Assembly (NCBI GenBank): GCA_965240325.2
Contig: OZ251247.1
Span: 744,001 to 808,000 of the forward strand
Direction of reading: 5' to 3'
Length of the DNA: 64,000 bases
From: Rebecca billardiae RCC1528
Lineage: Eukaryota > Protista > Haptophyta
The first letter of the stretch is position 1, and each line of letters opens with the position of its first letter. The translations under genes and the position numbers were made by a program. The notes under the pieces were generated by a model. It saw only the letters and a list, made by a program, of their open reading frames with translations. It made no database searches and had not been told where the DNA came from. Shown piece after piece: positions 46,701 through 57,954 of the stretch.

Positions 46701-46833
46701 GCTCAAAAACCTATTCATGCCCTCCACCGCCCCTGGTGCAGGCCGGGCGTTGATTGGCCGTCGGTTGCTAGTGCAGTTTTAAGAAAATCTCGTGGAACGT
46801 GGCCGGAAAAGGCACCCGCACATCTTTGAGGTG
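43798..46833. mobile_element. ~3.0-kb TIR element (CAC...GTG ends) with BAH-gene cargo
   Basis: Perfect 23-bp inverted repeat CACCTCAAAGATGTGCGGGTGCC at 43798-43820 and 46811-46833, extending imperfectly inward. No clear TSD; no recognisable transposase. Confidence 0.72.
44994..46626 (-). pseudogene. Spliced BAH-domain gene, frameshifted in exon 1
   Basis: VIWRGINIGIGDHVVVQW...LAQVRRVVKKSSRGQ, then a 1-nt shift near 46403, then TLMVKWFYFVEDL...EVYEHV...IEVETVHGKVMV...DFFVN, which fits the BAH pattern. Frame-preserving GT-AG introns 46169-46075 and 45799-45704; last exon 45703-44994 encodes an unknown globular region. Start uncertain. Confidence 0.7.
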
Positions 46834-47102
46834 AGAGCTCCGATCGACCGCCGTTACACTCTCGGGTGCCAGCACAATCTCCCGAAATCCCTACTTAGCA
46901 TGACGAACTATCACACGGGTATTTACTTGGACGAACTAGTTAGTAGGCGTTTTTAAAAAAGGCGGCTTATAATATTATATATATATATTCATATATATAT
47001 ATCGATCATAGTCATCACGGAGCCTGCCGATAACGAGCAGGCGGCGGCGGATTATTACGTATACGCGACTTTATTACGCGCGACTCCGCACCGGCGTCAT
47101 CC

Positions 47103-50100
47103 TCACGCGCGGCTGTACCGCGCGGCCGAGCGGTACATCGAGTTCTGGCGCGTGGCCGCGCTCATGCCGCGCCGGCCGGCGCACGGGCTGTCCGCCGCGC
47201 GCAGCGAGGCGAGGACGCCTGACTCAGCCACGGTGTCCCCCGCTGCGACGAGCCCGCCGAGCTCGTACGCAGCGCCGCCGAGGCCGCCCGCCGCGCCCGC
47301 GCCGCCAAACTCGGCCGCGTCCGGCGCCCAGAACGAGCCCACAAGGCTCGGGTCCGGGGGAATCACCGGACCGACCGCGGCGGCGGCCGCGCTCCCAGGC
47401 GCGTCGTGCGCGCCGGCGGCGGGCGCGGCGGGCGCGGCGCCAAAGCTGGCGGAGGTGCGCAGGTGCGCCGTCAGCGGGTTGGGGGACGGGCAGCCGCCGC
47501 GCATGAGCGGCGACGAGCTCGATGTGCGCGAGATCGACGTGCGCGCCGACGTGCTGCGGCGCGTGGGCGTGGGAGGCGGGTAGAGGGCCGCAGAGGTGGC
47601 GGATCGGCGCGGCTTGGCGCGGCCCGCCAGGCCCGGCGGCGGCGACGCGCTTTCCGCGAAACTTCCGGCCGCGCTCTGCGGCTGCTGCGGCGGCTGCGGC
47701 TGCGGCGGCTGCGGCTGCGGCTCGACGCGCGTGCTGCGCACGCTGCCGGAGGCGTCGCTGAGCCGCGCCGACGAGTCCTGCCGCGAGATTGAATCTCGGT
47801 GCGAGCTCCGGCGCGAGATTGAATCTCGGAGGAGCCGCGCGGCCGAGTCCTGCCGCCGGCCGAGCAGCGGGCTCGGTCCGGCCGACGCGCTGCCCACGCC
47901 GGACGCCCACGACATGCGCAGGCTGAGCGGCCTCGCGCCGCCCGCGCCGCCGCCGCCGGCGCGAGGCGCGCCGCCGTGCGCCTCGAGCCCGCCCACCGAG
48001 CCGTCCGACGTGCGGCGCGGCTCGGGCGCGACGCGCGCGTTGCGCAGCCGCTCGCGCAGCGAGTTCCCCGGACTGATTCCGCCCGGACCGGGCGCTCCGG
48101 ACAGCAGCTCGTCCGGCGGCGGTCCGGTCGCGCCCGAGCACGCGTACCGCATCGCGTCGAGCAGGACCGGCGGGAAGTGGTCCGGCGGCCAGATCTGCGC
48201 CGCGCGCGCGAGAACCTTGTCGCGGTGTCGCAGCTCCGGACCGGCGCGCAGTACCATCCCGTACAGGTGGAGGCAGGTGTCGCGCAGCCGGCGCTTGTCG
48301 CACGGGATCTGCCGCCCGTGCCGGCGGTGCTCGTGCGCGCAGCACGTGAAGTCGCCTGCCGCAGGCAGGCGGCAGGCGGAGGTGTGTGGTGGTGGGCGTG
48401 GGTGGGCGAGTGAGCGCAGGAGAAACACGCGGCGGCAGTACCCACACATACGCGGGGGCAGTACCCACACATACGCGGGGGCGGTGCAGTACCCGCACAT
48501 ACGCGGGGGCGGTACCCACCTTCGAACATGAAGAGCATGTCGCTCAGCACGCGCAGCCCGCGCTCGGCGGAGACGGCGGCGAGCGCTGAGTGCAGCGCGT
48601 CGTCCGCCATGCCCAGCACGCGCAGTGCATGGCAGTCCGAGTCAGCGGCGCGAGAGAGGCGGTCGGAGCCCCCGCTGGGGGAAGGTGCGGCGGCGCCGCC
48701 GCCCGCGCCGCCCTCGGCACCGCCGCCCGCCGCCGCGAGCGTCGCCGGCGTCCGCGGCACGGCCGGCGAGCGCGGCTGCGCCCGCGCGCCGCCGAGCAGG
48801 CCGAGCGATCGTCGCACGGCCGCGACGGGCGACGCTGCAAGCGAGGAGCCGCGCGACGAGGGCGCGCCGAAGGACGAGACGTCGTCGTCGTCGTCCACCC
48901 CGTGGCTGCCGCCACTCGCGGCAGCCGGCCTGGACGCGGCGGCGGCGCGGACTGTGAGCGTGCCGGCCGCGCGGCGCGCGCCGGGCGAGATAGGGTTAGG
49001 GTTAGGGTTCGGGTTCGGGTTAGGGTTAGGGTTGCGGACGGCAAAGGAGTCGTCATCGGCGAGGCTTGTATCGTCCGAGCCGAGCGCGGACGACGCAGTC
49101 GACAGCGGGCGCACGCCGCGCACGCCGCGCGCCGGTGCGCCGCCGGGCGGCAGCGCGTGCGCGGGCGGCGCGTGCCCGCCGGCGCGCGAGCCGCCGCCGC
49201 CGCGCGCCGGCGGCCATGGCGGCAGCGCCTCCCCCAGCGAGGCGATCCGGCTGCGCGCGCGTTCGGTGCGCCCTCGGTGCGCCCTGGGCGCGGCGCTGAG
49301 CCTGCTGCTGCTGTCGTCCGGCGCGCCCTCGCCGCCCGCGCTGCTCCGCTCGCTCGCGCACGCCGAGCGCTCCCCACCGCCGCCACCGCCGCCGCCGTCC
49401 TCATCGCCGCCGCCGCCGCCACCACGGCCGCCCTTGCCGCCGCCGCCGCCGCGGCCTGCGCTCGAAACTCGCGACTTGGCGCGCGCGGCGGCGGCGGCGA
49501 GGCACGCGGGCGACTCGCAAGCGCACGCGAGCACGCGCGCCGCGGCCGACGCCACGCCCGCGCGCGGCGGCGAGTGCGGCGGGCTCGCAGCCTCCAGGTC
49601 GGGCCGGCCACTCGGCCGCTCGGCGACGGCGGCGGCGCCGCCGCCACCAGGCGACGACGACGGCTGCGGCCAGCGGCGCGCCGCACCGCCGCCGCCGCCC
49701 TGCGCCAGGCTTACGCCACCCGCCTCCGCCTCCGCCGGCGGCGTGCCGGGCGCGCAGTGCGGCTCGGGCGCGCGCTGCGAGGGCGAGTAGGGCGAGATCC
49801 CGAGGCCCCCGTACCCGCCCTCCTCCCCGCCCACCACGCCACCGCCGCCGAGCCAACCGCCACCGTCGCCGCTCGTGTTCAGCCAAGCCGGTGGCGGCGC
49901 GGCGGGCGGCAGCGCGGCGGCGGGCGGCTGTGGGGCCGCCGAGATTGCAATCTCGGACCCCGCTGCCGCCCTCCTCAGCGGCTCCGGGGCGACGGCGGGC
50001 GCCATGATCTGCGAGGTGGTCACCATCACCCGCGGCAGTGGCTCCTCCGATGGCGCCTCCGCCTCCACCGCCGCCACCTCGCGGCGCGGCGGCGTGCGCA

Positions 50101-50139
<39 letters not shown>

Positions 50140-52798
50140 GCCTCAGCGCGGCGCCGCCGCGGCCGCCCGCGGCGCGGCCGCCGCTGCCGCCCTCCTCAGC
50201 GGCGGCAGTGCCGGCGCCCGCGGGCTTGGTGAACGTGGCGAAGCGGCCGAACACGTTGCCGCCGCCACCGCCACCGCCGCCGCCGCCCGCGCGAGTCCGG
50301 GCGCTACCCGCCCGGCTCCCGGACTCGGCGCCTTCCAGCATGGCCGCCGGGGGACCGGCCGCGTCGGCGGCGGCTGGCGCGCCGCCGCCATCGCCCTCGT
50401 CGCCGCCGTCGTCGTCGCTGTCGTCGTCGAGCATCCAGTCGAAGGAGAGGGGCAGCACGCTGCCGCCCTTGCCGCTGCCCGTCGGCGCCTCGCACGCCAA
50501 ATACAGCGACGAGCTGCGCGCACGGCCGCGTGCGCGCGCGCGCGCATGCGCGTGGGAGTGAGTGCGCGCGCGCGCGCGCGCGCGCGCGCGCGCCGGGGGC
50601 CGCCGCGCGCGCTGCCGCGCGGCGACCTCCCCGCGCGTGATCCACGCGCGCCCCGCGCGCACCCCGAGAGCATCGACGAGAACATCTCGACGCGGCACCA
50701 GCCGCGCCGGAGGAAGGTTCTCAAGTTGATCTCCGGAGAAGAGTTGTCGAGTCGTGTCGGCGGCGCGACGACGAGGAGGACGTGGGCGAGCGAGGCGTAC
50801 GCGGAGAGCGAGTCGATCGCGGCCTGCTGCTGCGCCGCGTTGCGCTGCGGGATCGACATGTAGTCGATGAACACGTACACCTCCGACGCGCGCCAGCCGA
50901 GCTGTTGCCCCAGCCGCTTGATCGCCGCCATGATCGTAAAGTAGTGCACGCCGTTCGGGTCCGGGTCCTCCGAGATCCACCTGCGCACAGCACAGGATGC
51001 AAAAAAAAAGAAAAAGCGCGCAGGCGGCGAAAAGGGGAAAAGGGACGAGCAGAGGATGAGACAAATGGGCGCGCGCGCGCGCGCGCGCGGCCGGGCGCGC
51101 GCGCGGGTACGCACTGGTGGCTGCAGAAGACGATGCGCCGCGTGAGCGCGAACTCGCGCGCCTCCGTCGCCGAGTCGATGAAGACCAGCCGCCCCTCGTT
51201 GCGCAGCTCCTCGTGGTGGCGCAGCTCGCCCAGCTGGCGCGGCAGGAGAATTGCATCAGAATCACGGAGAGGAGAGGAGAACAAAAGGACAGAGGAATAA
51301 AGAAGAAGAAGAAAGAATCCATCCAGATATAAATGCAAGCGCGCGGGGAAACGCAGGACGAATCATGACGGCGGCGTGGGGCGGACGCGCGGTGGGAGCG
51401 GCGGGCGGGGCGGGCCACGGGCGGCGGCATGGGCCGTCAGCCAGCGCGCGCGCCGCGCGCGGCGGCGGAGGGCGCGCGCCGCGTGTGACGCAGCTGGGCG
51501 CGCGCGCCAGAGAGAGATGGCCATCTCGCCGAGATCGCAATCTCGCGCACCTTGCAGAAGTGGCTGAACGGGCAGAGCACGAGCGGGAAGAGCAGCCGGC
51601 CCGAGTGCTCGAGCAGCGCGACGCAGTGCGCGTGCGCGCGCAGCCGCTCCGCGCGCGTCGCGTCGAGCTCCAGCTGCTTCGCGTGCAGATGCACCGACCC
51701 GTGGCCGCAGAGCACCAATTGAATTACATTTAATAAAAGCGAGCAGAGCGCGAGCTGCCACGGCGGCGGGTGCACGGAGGCGGACCCCCACGTGGCCGTG
51801 TGCGCGCGCATCGCGGCGGGCCCGGGCTCGTAGCAGTACTCCACGCCCACCATCCCCGTGTAGTGCGCGCCCACCGTGCCCAGCGCGAAAACGAACGCCG
51901 CGCCGACCCGCGGCCCGAGCGAGTCGATATCGTCACGCTGCGAGACGTGGGCGATCACGAGTAGCCCGGCGCCCGAGGCGAGCGCGGCGACGGCGACGCT
52001 CGCCACGACGAAGCCGGGGGAGAAGTCGAGCGAGAACGGCCCGCGCATGCTCAGCATCCCGAGGTAGTGCATCACCGCGATCCCCGCCGCGAAAATCGCC
52101 GCGCCCGCCAGGAAATGTCGGCGGCCGTCGACCGCGGTGCGCAGCAGCGTCGCGCGCCAGCCGAGCTTGGCGGGGGTGCCGGAGGGCGTGCCGCCCGGGA
52201 GCAGCTGCGCGGCGTCCGCGCCGCCCGCGCCGCCCGCCTCGCCCGCGGGCAGCGCCACGTGGATCGCCGTCGCGCTCGAGAGCACGGCCACCAGCGCCGA
52301 GGCCACCATTGGCGCGCTCGCAAAATCGTGCGGGACCGGCTCACCGGCTTCACCGCCGCGGCCGCCGAGCCTGAGCTGCATCGAGTGCATGCCGACAAAG
52401 TGCATGGCGAAGATGGCCGAGCCGCCGAGCGAGAGCCCCGCGCTGCCGAGCAGCACGTAGTACCACCCCGAGAAGTCCGCGTGCTCCAGCCGCACCTCGC
52501 GCGCGTAGATCATCGTCGTCAGTCCCACATACGACCCGGCGACCGCGATTGTGTAACTCAGCGCGACGAGCCAGCTGCACGGCCGCGGCAGGCAGGCAGC
52601 CGAAGGGCGGGAGTCCACGCACGCACGCGCGCGCGCACGTGCACACGCACGCGAAGCGGGCGGGCACCGGCCGGCTCGTGAGCGCAGGGCGGGCGGCGCG
52701 CGCGCGCGCGCGCGTGGCCGCGCGCGCGCTCGTGCGCCGCACCCATTCCACTCCTGTTCGAGGCTCATGCCCGGAGTGAGCACGCCGTCCTCGATCAT
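47103..52798 (-). CDS. MHYT membrane-sensor domain fused to a HET-like (TIR-related) domain, spliced
   Basis: Exons 52798-52743, 52574-51551, 51233-51115, 50980-50663, 50513-48520, 48355-47103 join in frame by GT-AG. MHYT motifs WLVALSY, AMHFVGM, VMHYLGM, GAHYTGM; HET-like motifs FCSHQW, PDPNG, VFIDYMSIPQ, AIDSLSAY, FLRRGWCRVE; later FEGDFTCC...CDK. Confidence 0.8.
48434..48517. repeat. Intronic minisatellite, unit ~GCAGTACCCACACATACGCGGGG
   Basis: Three full units plus a partial unit within intron 48519-48356. Confidence 0.8.
48991..49033. repeat. (TTAGGG)n-like tract within the MHYT-HET gene
   Basis: TAGGGTTAGGGTTAGGGTTCGGGTTCGGGTTAGGGTTAGGGTT; reads NPNPNP if exonic, or marks a cryptic intron. 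Confidence 0.8.
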
Positions 52799-54824
52799 GT
52801 GGCCCGCACAGGCTCGGGCGTCAACGCGGCGCGCCCCGCGCCGCGCTCGTGCGGCGTGGGTGTCCCTGGCAGGGCTGCCGTGCGCCACGCGAAGGGGGCT
52901 ATTCTGGGGCGTGCGCGGGGCTGCTCACGAGTTCGCACTTCGCATTATTGGCCGGGGCAATAATTCCCGCTAATGAGCGCGGTTCCCAGGGGTGGGTCGT
53001 CCTACCTGTGTCGTTAAATCATAGAATGGGTCCGAGCGGGAGTGAGGGAATCTCGTTCGGACGGACGAAACTTTGGGTCGTGCAATATTCAAGTGCCTGC
53101 ACCAGGGCCGGCCGGCCGGTCTCATTTTGACGAGAGCCACGGTACTGGTAAAATGCTGATTATGATTCCTGGTGCCAGCCGCCGCTGCCACCACCAGTAC
53201 AGTTTACTATGCGATTTAACGTGCATACAATACGTACCGCTCATGATCAGGCCCGATCATTGCGATGAGAATCCAATGAAGCTCACATTTCATGATCATA
53301 TTCGAAGGTTTACCCAATACCCATCATGGTAACAATCATCGCCATCATTCGTGATGAGGAATGATGGGTGTGGAGTTCTGGCTTCGTCGGCGTTCGTCGG
53401 CTTGCCGATTCCCGTCGGTTCAAGCGCGAAGCTCCGCTCCCTGAGAATGATCGCCTCCACACTGCACCCCTGCCCGTCACCCCACACCCGCGTCGTGCTC
53501 GTCGCTGGTGACGCCGCGCCTAGGATCAGCGCGCATGCGGGCGGCCCAACCGAATAAAGAAGAGAGGGCGAGCAGGCTGCTCCAATGGAGTCCAGTCCCT
53601 TCGCCGAGACGGCACTGAGCTGACCCGCAAAGGCACCCGTTGCGGCACTCTGCTACATTATCACGGGCGCCAGCGGGCCTGCCTGCCACTACTCGGAGCT
53701 CGGCCCCGCCGTGGCGACGATTCCCGCAGAACTGGTAGTGCCTAACGGTGTGGCCCGCTGAGACATCCCAGCAAAGGCTGGGCGTGCACAGTGGTCCAAG
53801 CGCACGCGTACACCGAGTGGCGTAGCCGATTGTGCAGCCCAGCAACAGTCCGACTCGGCCGACGACGGCGCCGAGCACGGCCCGGTATCTGCCCTTAGTA
53901 CGAGCCTTTGCAGTGCGCCAGTGCAAGCTCGTGCACGCACGGGCGGTTGCGCCATGCCTTCTGTCCGCCCGTGCGCGCGTCACAACAGCCCGCCATGGCG
54001 CGCAAGCCCGTTGCAGCAATGGCACGCTGGCCAGTTCCATCTGATGGCCCAGCGACAGCTCGCAGGGCTGAGCGGATTAGCGGAGCACTGTGTAGACCCG
54101 AGGTACCGAGTGCCACGATCTGCGAGTACTGTGGCAAGGGCAGTTGGCGTCGATGAGCCCAAGGCAGCGGAGGGGTGGCTGAGCTGCCTGTGCGTCGCGT
54201 GCCCCCAGTCTAATATTTGCTGCCTCTGCATGACCTGGCCTGTGGCCTGCGTGTGGCTGCCAACCCGGAGACAGGCGGAGTCCGCCGAAGCCGCCGCCCG
54301 ACGTCTGCGGGCGCCACGCCTGCCGGCGCAGATGCAGATAGCAGAGCTGCCTGGCCGAGCGTCATAGTGCTGTCCGTGGGCAGTTCGGCTGGCCAGCGTG
54401 CCGCGCTCGTGTCGGGACCGCTCGGCTAGTTGTGCCGCGCCGTCGACTGGTGCCTCGCCCGGGCCGGCCTGGCGCAAGCGGAAGGCGGAGAGGCGGCCGA
54501 GATGGTGCTACCGTTTGTTGATGAAAATAAGAGACGCACCCAGCTCAGGCAGGCGAGATTGACGCCCGCCAACTGTCTCCGCCCATGAAGCCGTCGCCGT
54601 GATAGCGCCGTCGGAAGCCCGATTCGTTCAGCGCATCAGCCCGGGGCTGCGGCCGCCTCGCGGCGTACAGTACAGTAGTACCGACCGGACTTCCGGCAGT
54701 CCGGGTTGCGTCATTTCTCGTCACCCTTGTGTGGCCGTGCATCTCGCGGTCGGGACCAACTGCCTGTATTGATCGGTTGACGACGTCGCGTGGCATCCCG
54801 GCGCGCGCGCAGCTCGCCGACGGC

Positions 54825-55715
54825 ATGGACCCCCTGGTCGCCGACCTCATCGCGGGCGGCGCCGGTGGCGCGATCGGGGTCTTCGTCGGCCACCCGCTCG
54901 ACTCGATCAAAGTGCGCATGCAGGCGCTGCGGGGCGAGGCGCACCGGAGCGCATGGGAGTCGCTCCGCCATGCGCTGCGGACCGAGGGGCCGCTCGGGCT
55001 GTACCGCGGCTCGGTGCCGCCGATGCTGAACAGCTTCCTCGCGAACGCCGCCTTCTTTGCCGGCCACGGCCACGGCAAGGCGCTGCTGGACGGCCGCGTC
55101 GCCTCGCCCAGCCTCAGCTGCTTCCTCGCCGGCATGTACGCGGGCGTCTGGGGCGCGCTCACCGTTGGCCCGCCCGACCTGATCAAGTGCCAGATGCAAG
55201 TGGACCGCGCGCGCCCGGCGGGCAGCGTGTACAGGGACGGCTGGCACTGCGCGCGCGCGATCGTTCGGCGCGAGGGGCCCCGCGGGCTCCTGCGCGGGAT
55301 GGGCGCCACGCTCGTGAGGGAAGTGCCGAATACTGGGCTTTACTTTCTCGTCTTTGAAACGGTCGAGCCCGCGCTGGACGCGCGCTCGGCGGTGCTCCGG
55401 GGCGACGGCGCGACGCTCGTGGCGGGCGGGTGCGCCGGCACGGCCTCCTGGGCCTTCGCCATGCCCGCAGACGTCGTCAAGTCGCACATCCAGGCGCTGC
55501 CGCTCGACGCGCCGCGCGCGGAACGCACGCTCGCGCACGCGGTGCGCACGATCTACGCCGAGCACGGCGTGGCGCACTTCGTGCGCGGGATGGGGCCGTG
55601 CCTGCTGCGCGCGTTCCCCGTCAACGCGATCACGCTCCTCGCCTACTCGCGCTTGAAAGACCTGCTCGTGGCCCGCCCGTCCGATCATCACGGCGCGCTG
55701 CAGCACCTGCCATGA
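54825..55715 (+). CDS. Mitochondrial carrier (SLC25; carnitine/basic amino-acid carrier-like)
   Basis: Three Px[DE]xx[KR] motifs (HPLDSIKVRMQ, PPDLIKCQMQ, PADVVKSHIQ), REVP and RAFPVNA signatures; intronless. Confidence 0.92.
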   Translation: MDPLVADLIAGGAGGAIGVFVGHPLDSIKVRMQALRGEAHRSAWESLRHALRTEGPLGLYRGSVPPMLNSFLANAAFFAGHGHGKALLDGRVASPSLSCFLAGMYAGVWGALTVGPPDLIKCQMQVDRARPAGSVYRDGWHCARAIVRREGPRGLLRGMGATLVREVPNTGLYFLVFETVEPALDARSAVLRGDGATLVAGGCAGTASWAFAMPADVVKSHIQALPLDAPRAERTLAHAVRTIYAEHGVAHFVRGMGPCLLRAFPVNAITLLAYSRLKDLLVARPSDHHGALQHLP

Positions 55716-55943
55716 TCGAATACGACGATACGAATCTGCGACCCGCCATCAGACAGACGAGTATTTAACTACGACAGCACTCTGTCGTCATCGTCGTCAT
55801 CATCGTCATACATATCGTTGTCATCTACTTTCATGACGATATATGGCGACTAGCTACGACCGGCGCCGGCGGCGGAGCGGACCAATAACGACTCGGCGCG
55901 CGGGGGCCGAGCAGTCGTAGAGTGTCGTACGTCGTCGTCATCC

Positions 55944-56011
55944 AATATATAAATAAAATTATATATATATATATATATATAATTTTATTATTATATATAT
56001 ATAATAATATA
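55944..56011. repeat. AT-rich (TA)n tract
   Basis: Direct reading; similar tracts at 43758-43776 and 46968-47002. All lie downstream of gene 3' ends. Confidence 0.85.
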
Positions 56012-56333
56012 TCAGTAACGGCGCCGAATCAGAACAATGCGCGTGCCATCAATATGATATACGATTGCGGTGACCTGCCGCGCTCAGCTGAGTACGGGCA
56101 GTGTCATCGTTAAGTCACGGCTGCAGCTCAGTGATATCATGCTGCAGCACATATATGCGGATGATATGGCATCGTCATGGCATGTACTACACTCTACAGT
56201 ACCCGCAGTACCGGGCGGCTGAGCCCCGGCCACAGCCAGTGCTGCTGCTTGGATCTGCTGATGATGTGATCAATCCGTCTGGGGCAGGCGGCACTCCAGG
56301 GCGAGAGTCGTGCAGCTGGCAGCACCCTGCTGC

Positions 56334-57833
56334 TCAGCGGAACGCGGTCCGCAGGGACCCGGCCAATGCAGGCGTGGCCACGTGGCTCGGCTCGTCGCCC
56401 ACAGCCACAGAGCCAAGGCCGAGGCCGAGCGCGCCACCCTGCTCTCCGCACGCGTACACGTCTCCGTCCGCCGTCTCAAACAGCGAGTGCCAGTTGCCCA
56501 TGGCGCAGCGCACCACGCGCGCGTGCACCAGGGCGGGCACGCGTGTCGGTGCCCGCTTGGCTTCTTCCGCGCGGCCCGTGCCCAGCTGGCCGTGCTTGTT
56601 GTCCCCAAACGTGTGCACGCTGCTGTCCGCGCCCAGCACCGCGCTGATCCAGTAGCCAGCGCACGCGCGCACTGCACGCACGCCCGCCAGCGCCTCGACG
56701 CGCTTGGGCACGAGCTGGGTGGCCTCGTCGCCGTGGCCGAGGGGACCGCCGTCGCCCCAGCCGAAGGAGTGCACGCTGCCCGCTGCGTCCACCACCAGGC
56801 TGTGCACGTAGCCCGCGCTCACGTGCAAAGCGCGCACGCCAGCGAGCGCCTCGATGCGCCTCGGCGTGAGCAGCTGCTCCTGCTCGTCGCCGTGGCCGAG
56901 CTGGCCGCAGATACCGACGCCGCACGAGTACACGGAGCCAGCTGTCGAGAGCAGCAGCGTGTGCCACCCCCCGCCAGAGATGCCGCCCACACGCACGCCG
57001 TCCAGCGCCTCGATCCGCGTCGGCTCCCACCGCTGCTCCGTGTCGCCGTGGCCGAGCTGGCCGGCGTCGTTGTCGCCCCAGCTGTACGCGCAGCCAGCGG
57101 CGGTGAGCGCGAGGCTGTGCTCGACGCCTGCTGCAATGCATACGACGAGCTCGGGCTCCAAGCCGCGTATCGACTCGAACGTCCGACGCGTGGCCGTGTC
57201 TCCCAGCCCGAGCTGGCCGTCGCAGTTCTCGCCGCAGCCGTACACGGCGCCGGCCTCGCTCAGCGCGAGCAGGTGGATGCGGCTAGCCGCCACGGAACGG
57301 ACGCGCACCGCGTCGAGCGAAGCGACCCGCGTCGGCACCACGACCGCGGGTGAATCCGCGTGGCCCAGCGCTGACGGCGCAGCGAGCTCATCCAGCGGCA
57401 ACTCGTCCTCGTCCAGCACCTCCTCCTCGCCGCACGTGTGCAGCCCGCCCTCCGCGTCCACAAACGCGCTGAAGTTGCCGCCGCACGCGATCGGGCTGGT
57501 GTGTACAGACGCCAGCGAGTGCACGGCCTCGAACTCGAGCAGCAACTCGGTCCACGTGCACGCGCTCGGCGGGAGCACGGCCGGCAGCGCGCGCGCGTGG
57601 CCCCGCGCGCGTGCGCGCCTGCGCAGCGCGTGCTCGACCGGCGAGCAGCCGCCGCTCGCGCCGCGGAAGAAGCGCGCCGTGGCGTTGGCGGCGGCGATGT
57701 CGCGTAGCTGCAGAAAGTCGAGCACTCGCTCGATGCTCTCAGTGGGCAGGCCGTCGAGCCCCGGCGCTGCAGACGTGCGAGCGACCGCCGAGCGTGCCCC
57801 GCTCTGGCGCCGCGCACTGTGCGTCGTCCCCAT
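56334..57833 (-). CDS. F-box + RCC1-repeat protein, copy 14 (inverted)
   Basis: MGTTHS...LDGLPTESIERVLDFLQLRDIAAANATARFFR; RCC1 repeats; ends SLRTAFR. The ORF-track extension to 58460 is antisense to copy 15. Confidence 0.88.
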   Translation of the reverse strand: MGTTHSARRQSGARSAVARTSAAPGLDGLPTESIERVLDFLQLRDIAAANATARFFRGASGGCSPVEHALRRRARARGHARALPAVLPPSACTWTELLLEFEAVHSLASVHTSPIACGGNFSAFVDAEGGLHTCGEEEVLDEDELPLDELAAPSALGHADSPAVVVPTRVASLDAVRVRSVAASRIHLLALSEAGAVYGCGENCDGQLGLGDTATRRTFESIRGLEPELVVCIAAGVEHSLALTAAGCAYSWGDNDAGQLGHGDTEQRWEPTRIEALDGVRVGGISGGGWHTLLLSTAGSVYSCGVGICGQLGHGDEQEQLLTPRRIEALAGVRALHVSAGYVHSLVVDAAGSVHSFGWGDGGPLGHGDEATQLVPKRVEALAGVRAVRACAGYWISAVLGADSSVHTFGDNKHGQLGTGRAEEAKRAPTRVPALVHARVVRCAMGNWHSLFETADGDVYACGEQGGALGLGLGSVAVGDEPSHVATPALAGSLRTAFR

Positions 57834-57954
57834 GGGAGCCGCGGCAACCAAAAGATTCCAGATTTCCAGGCTGAGGTTGCTCAGTGAGGTGTGACCAACC
57901 GTCGCCGCTGCCACTGCGGGGGCGCTCGGCGCCAAGCAAAGCCTCGCGGGCACG

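Noticed and set aside
53030-54540. Protein-coding gene in the MHYT-carrier interval
   Set aside because: Only short ORFs without host codon bias or motifs; possibly decayed repeat DNA, but no paired termini were found.
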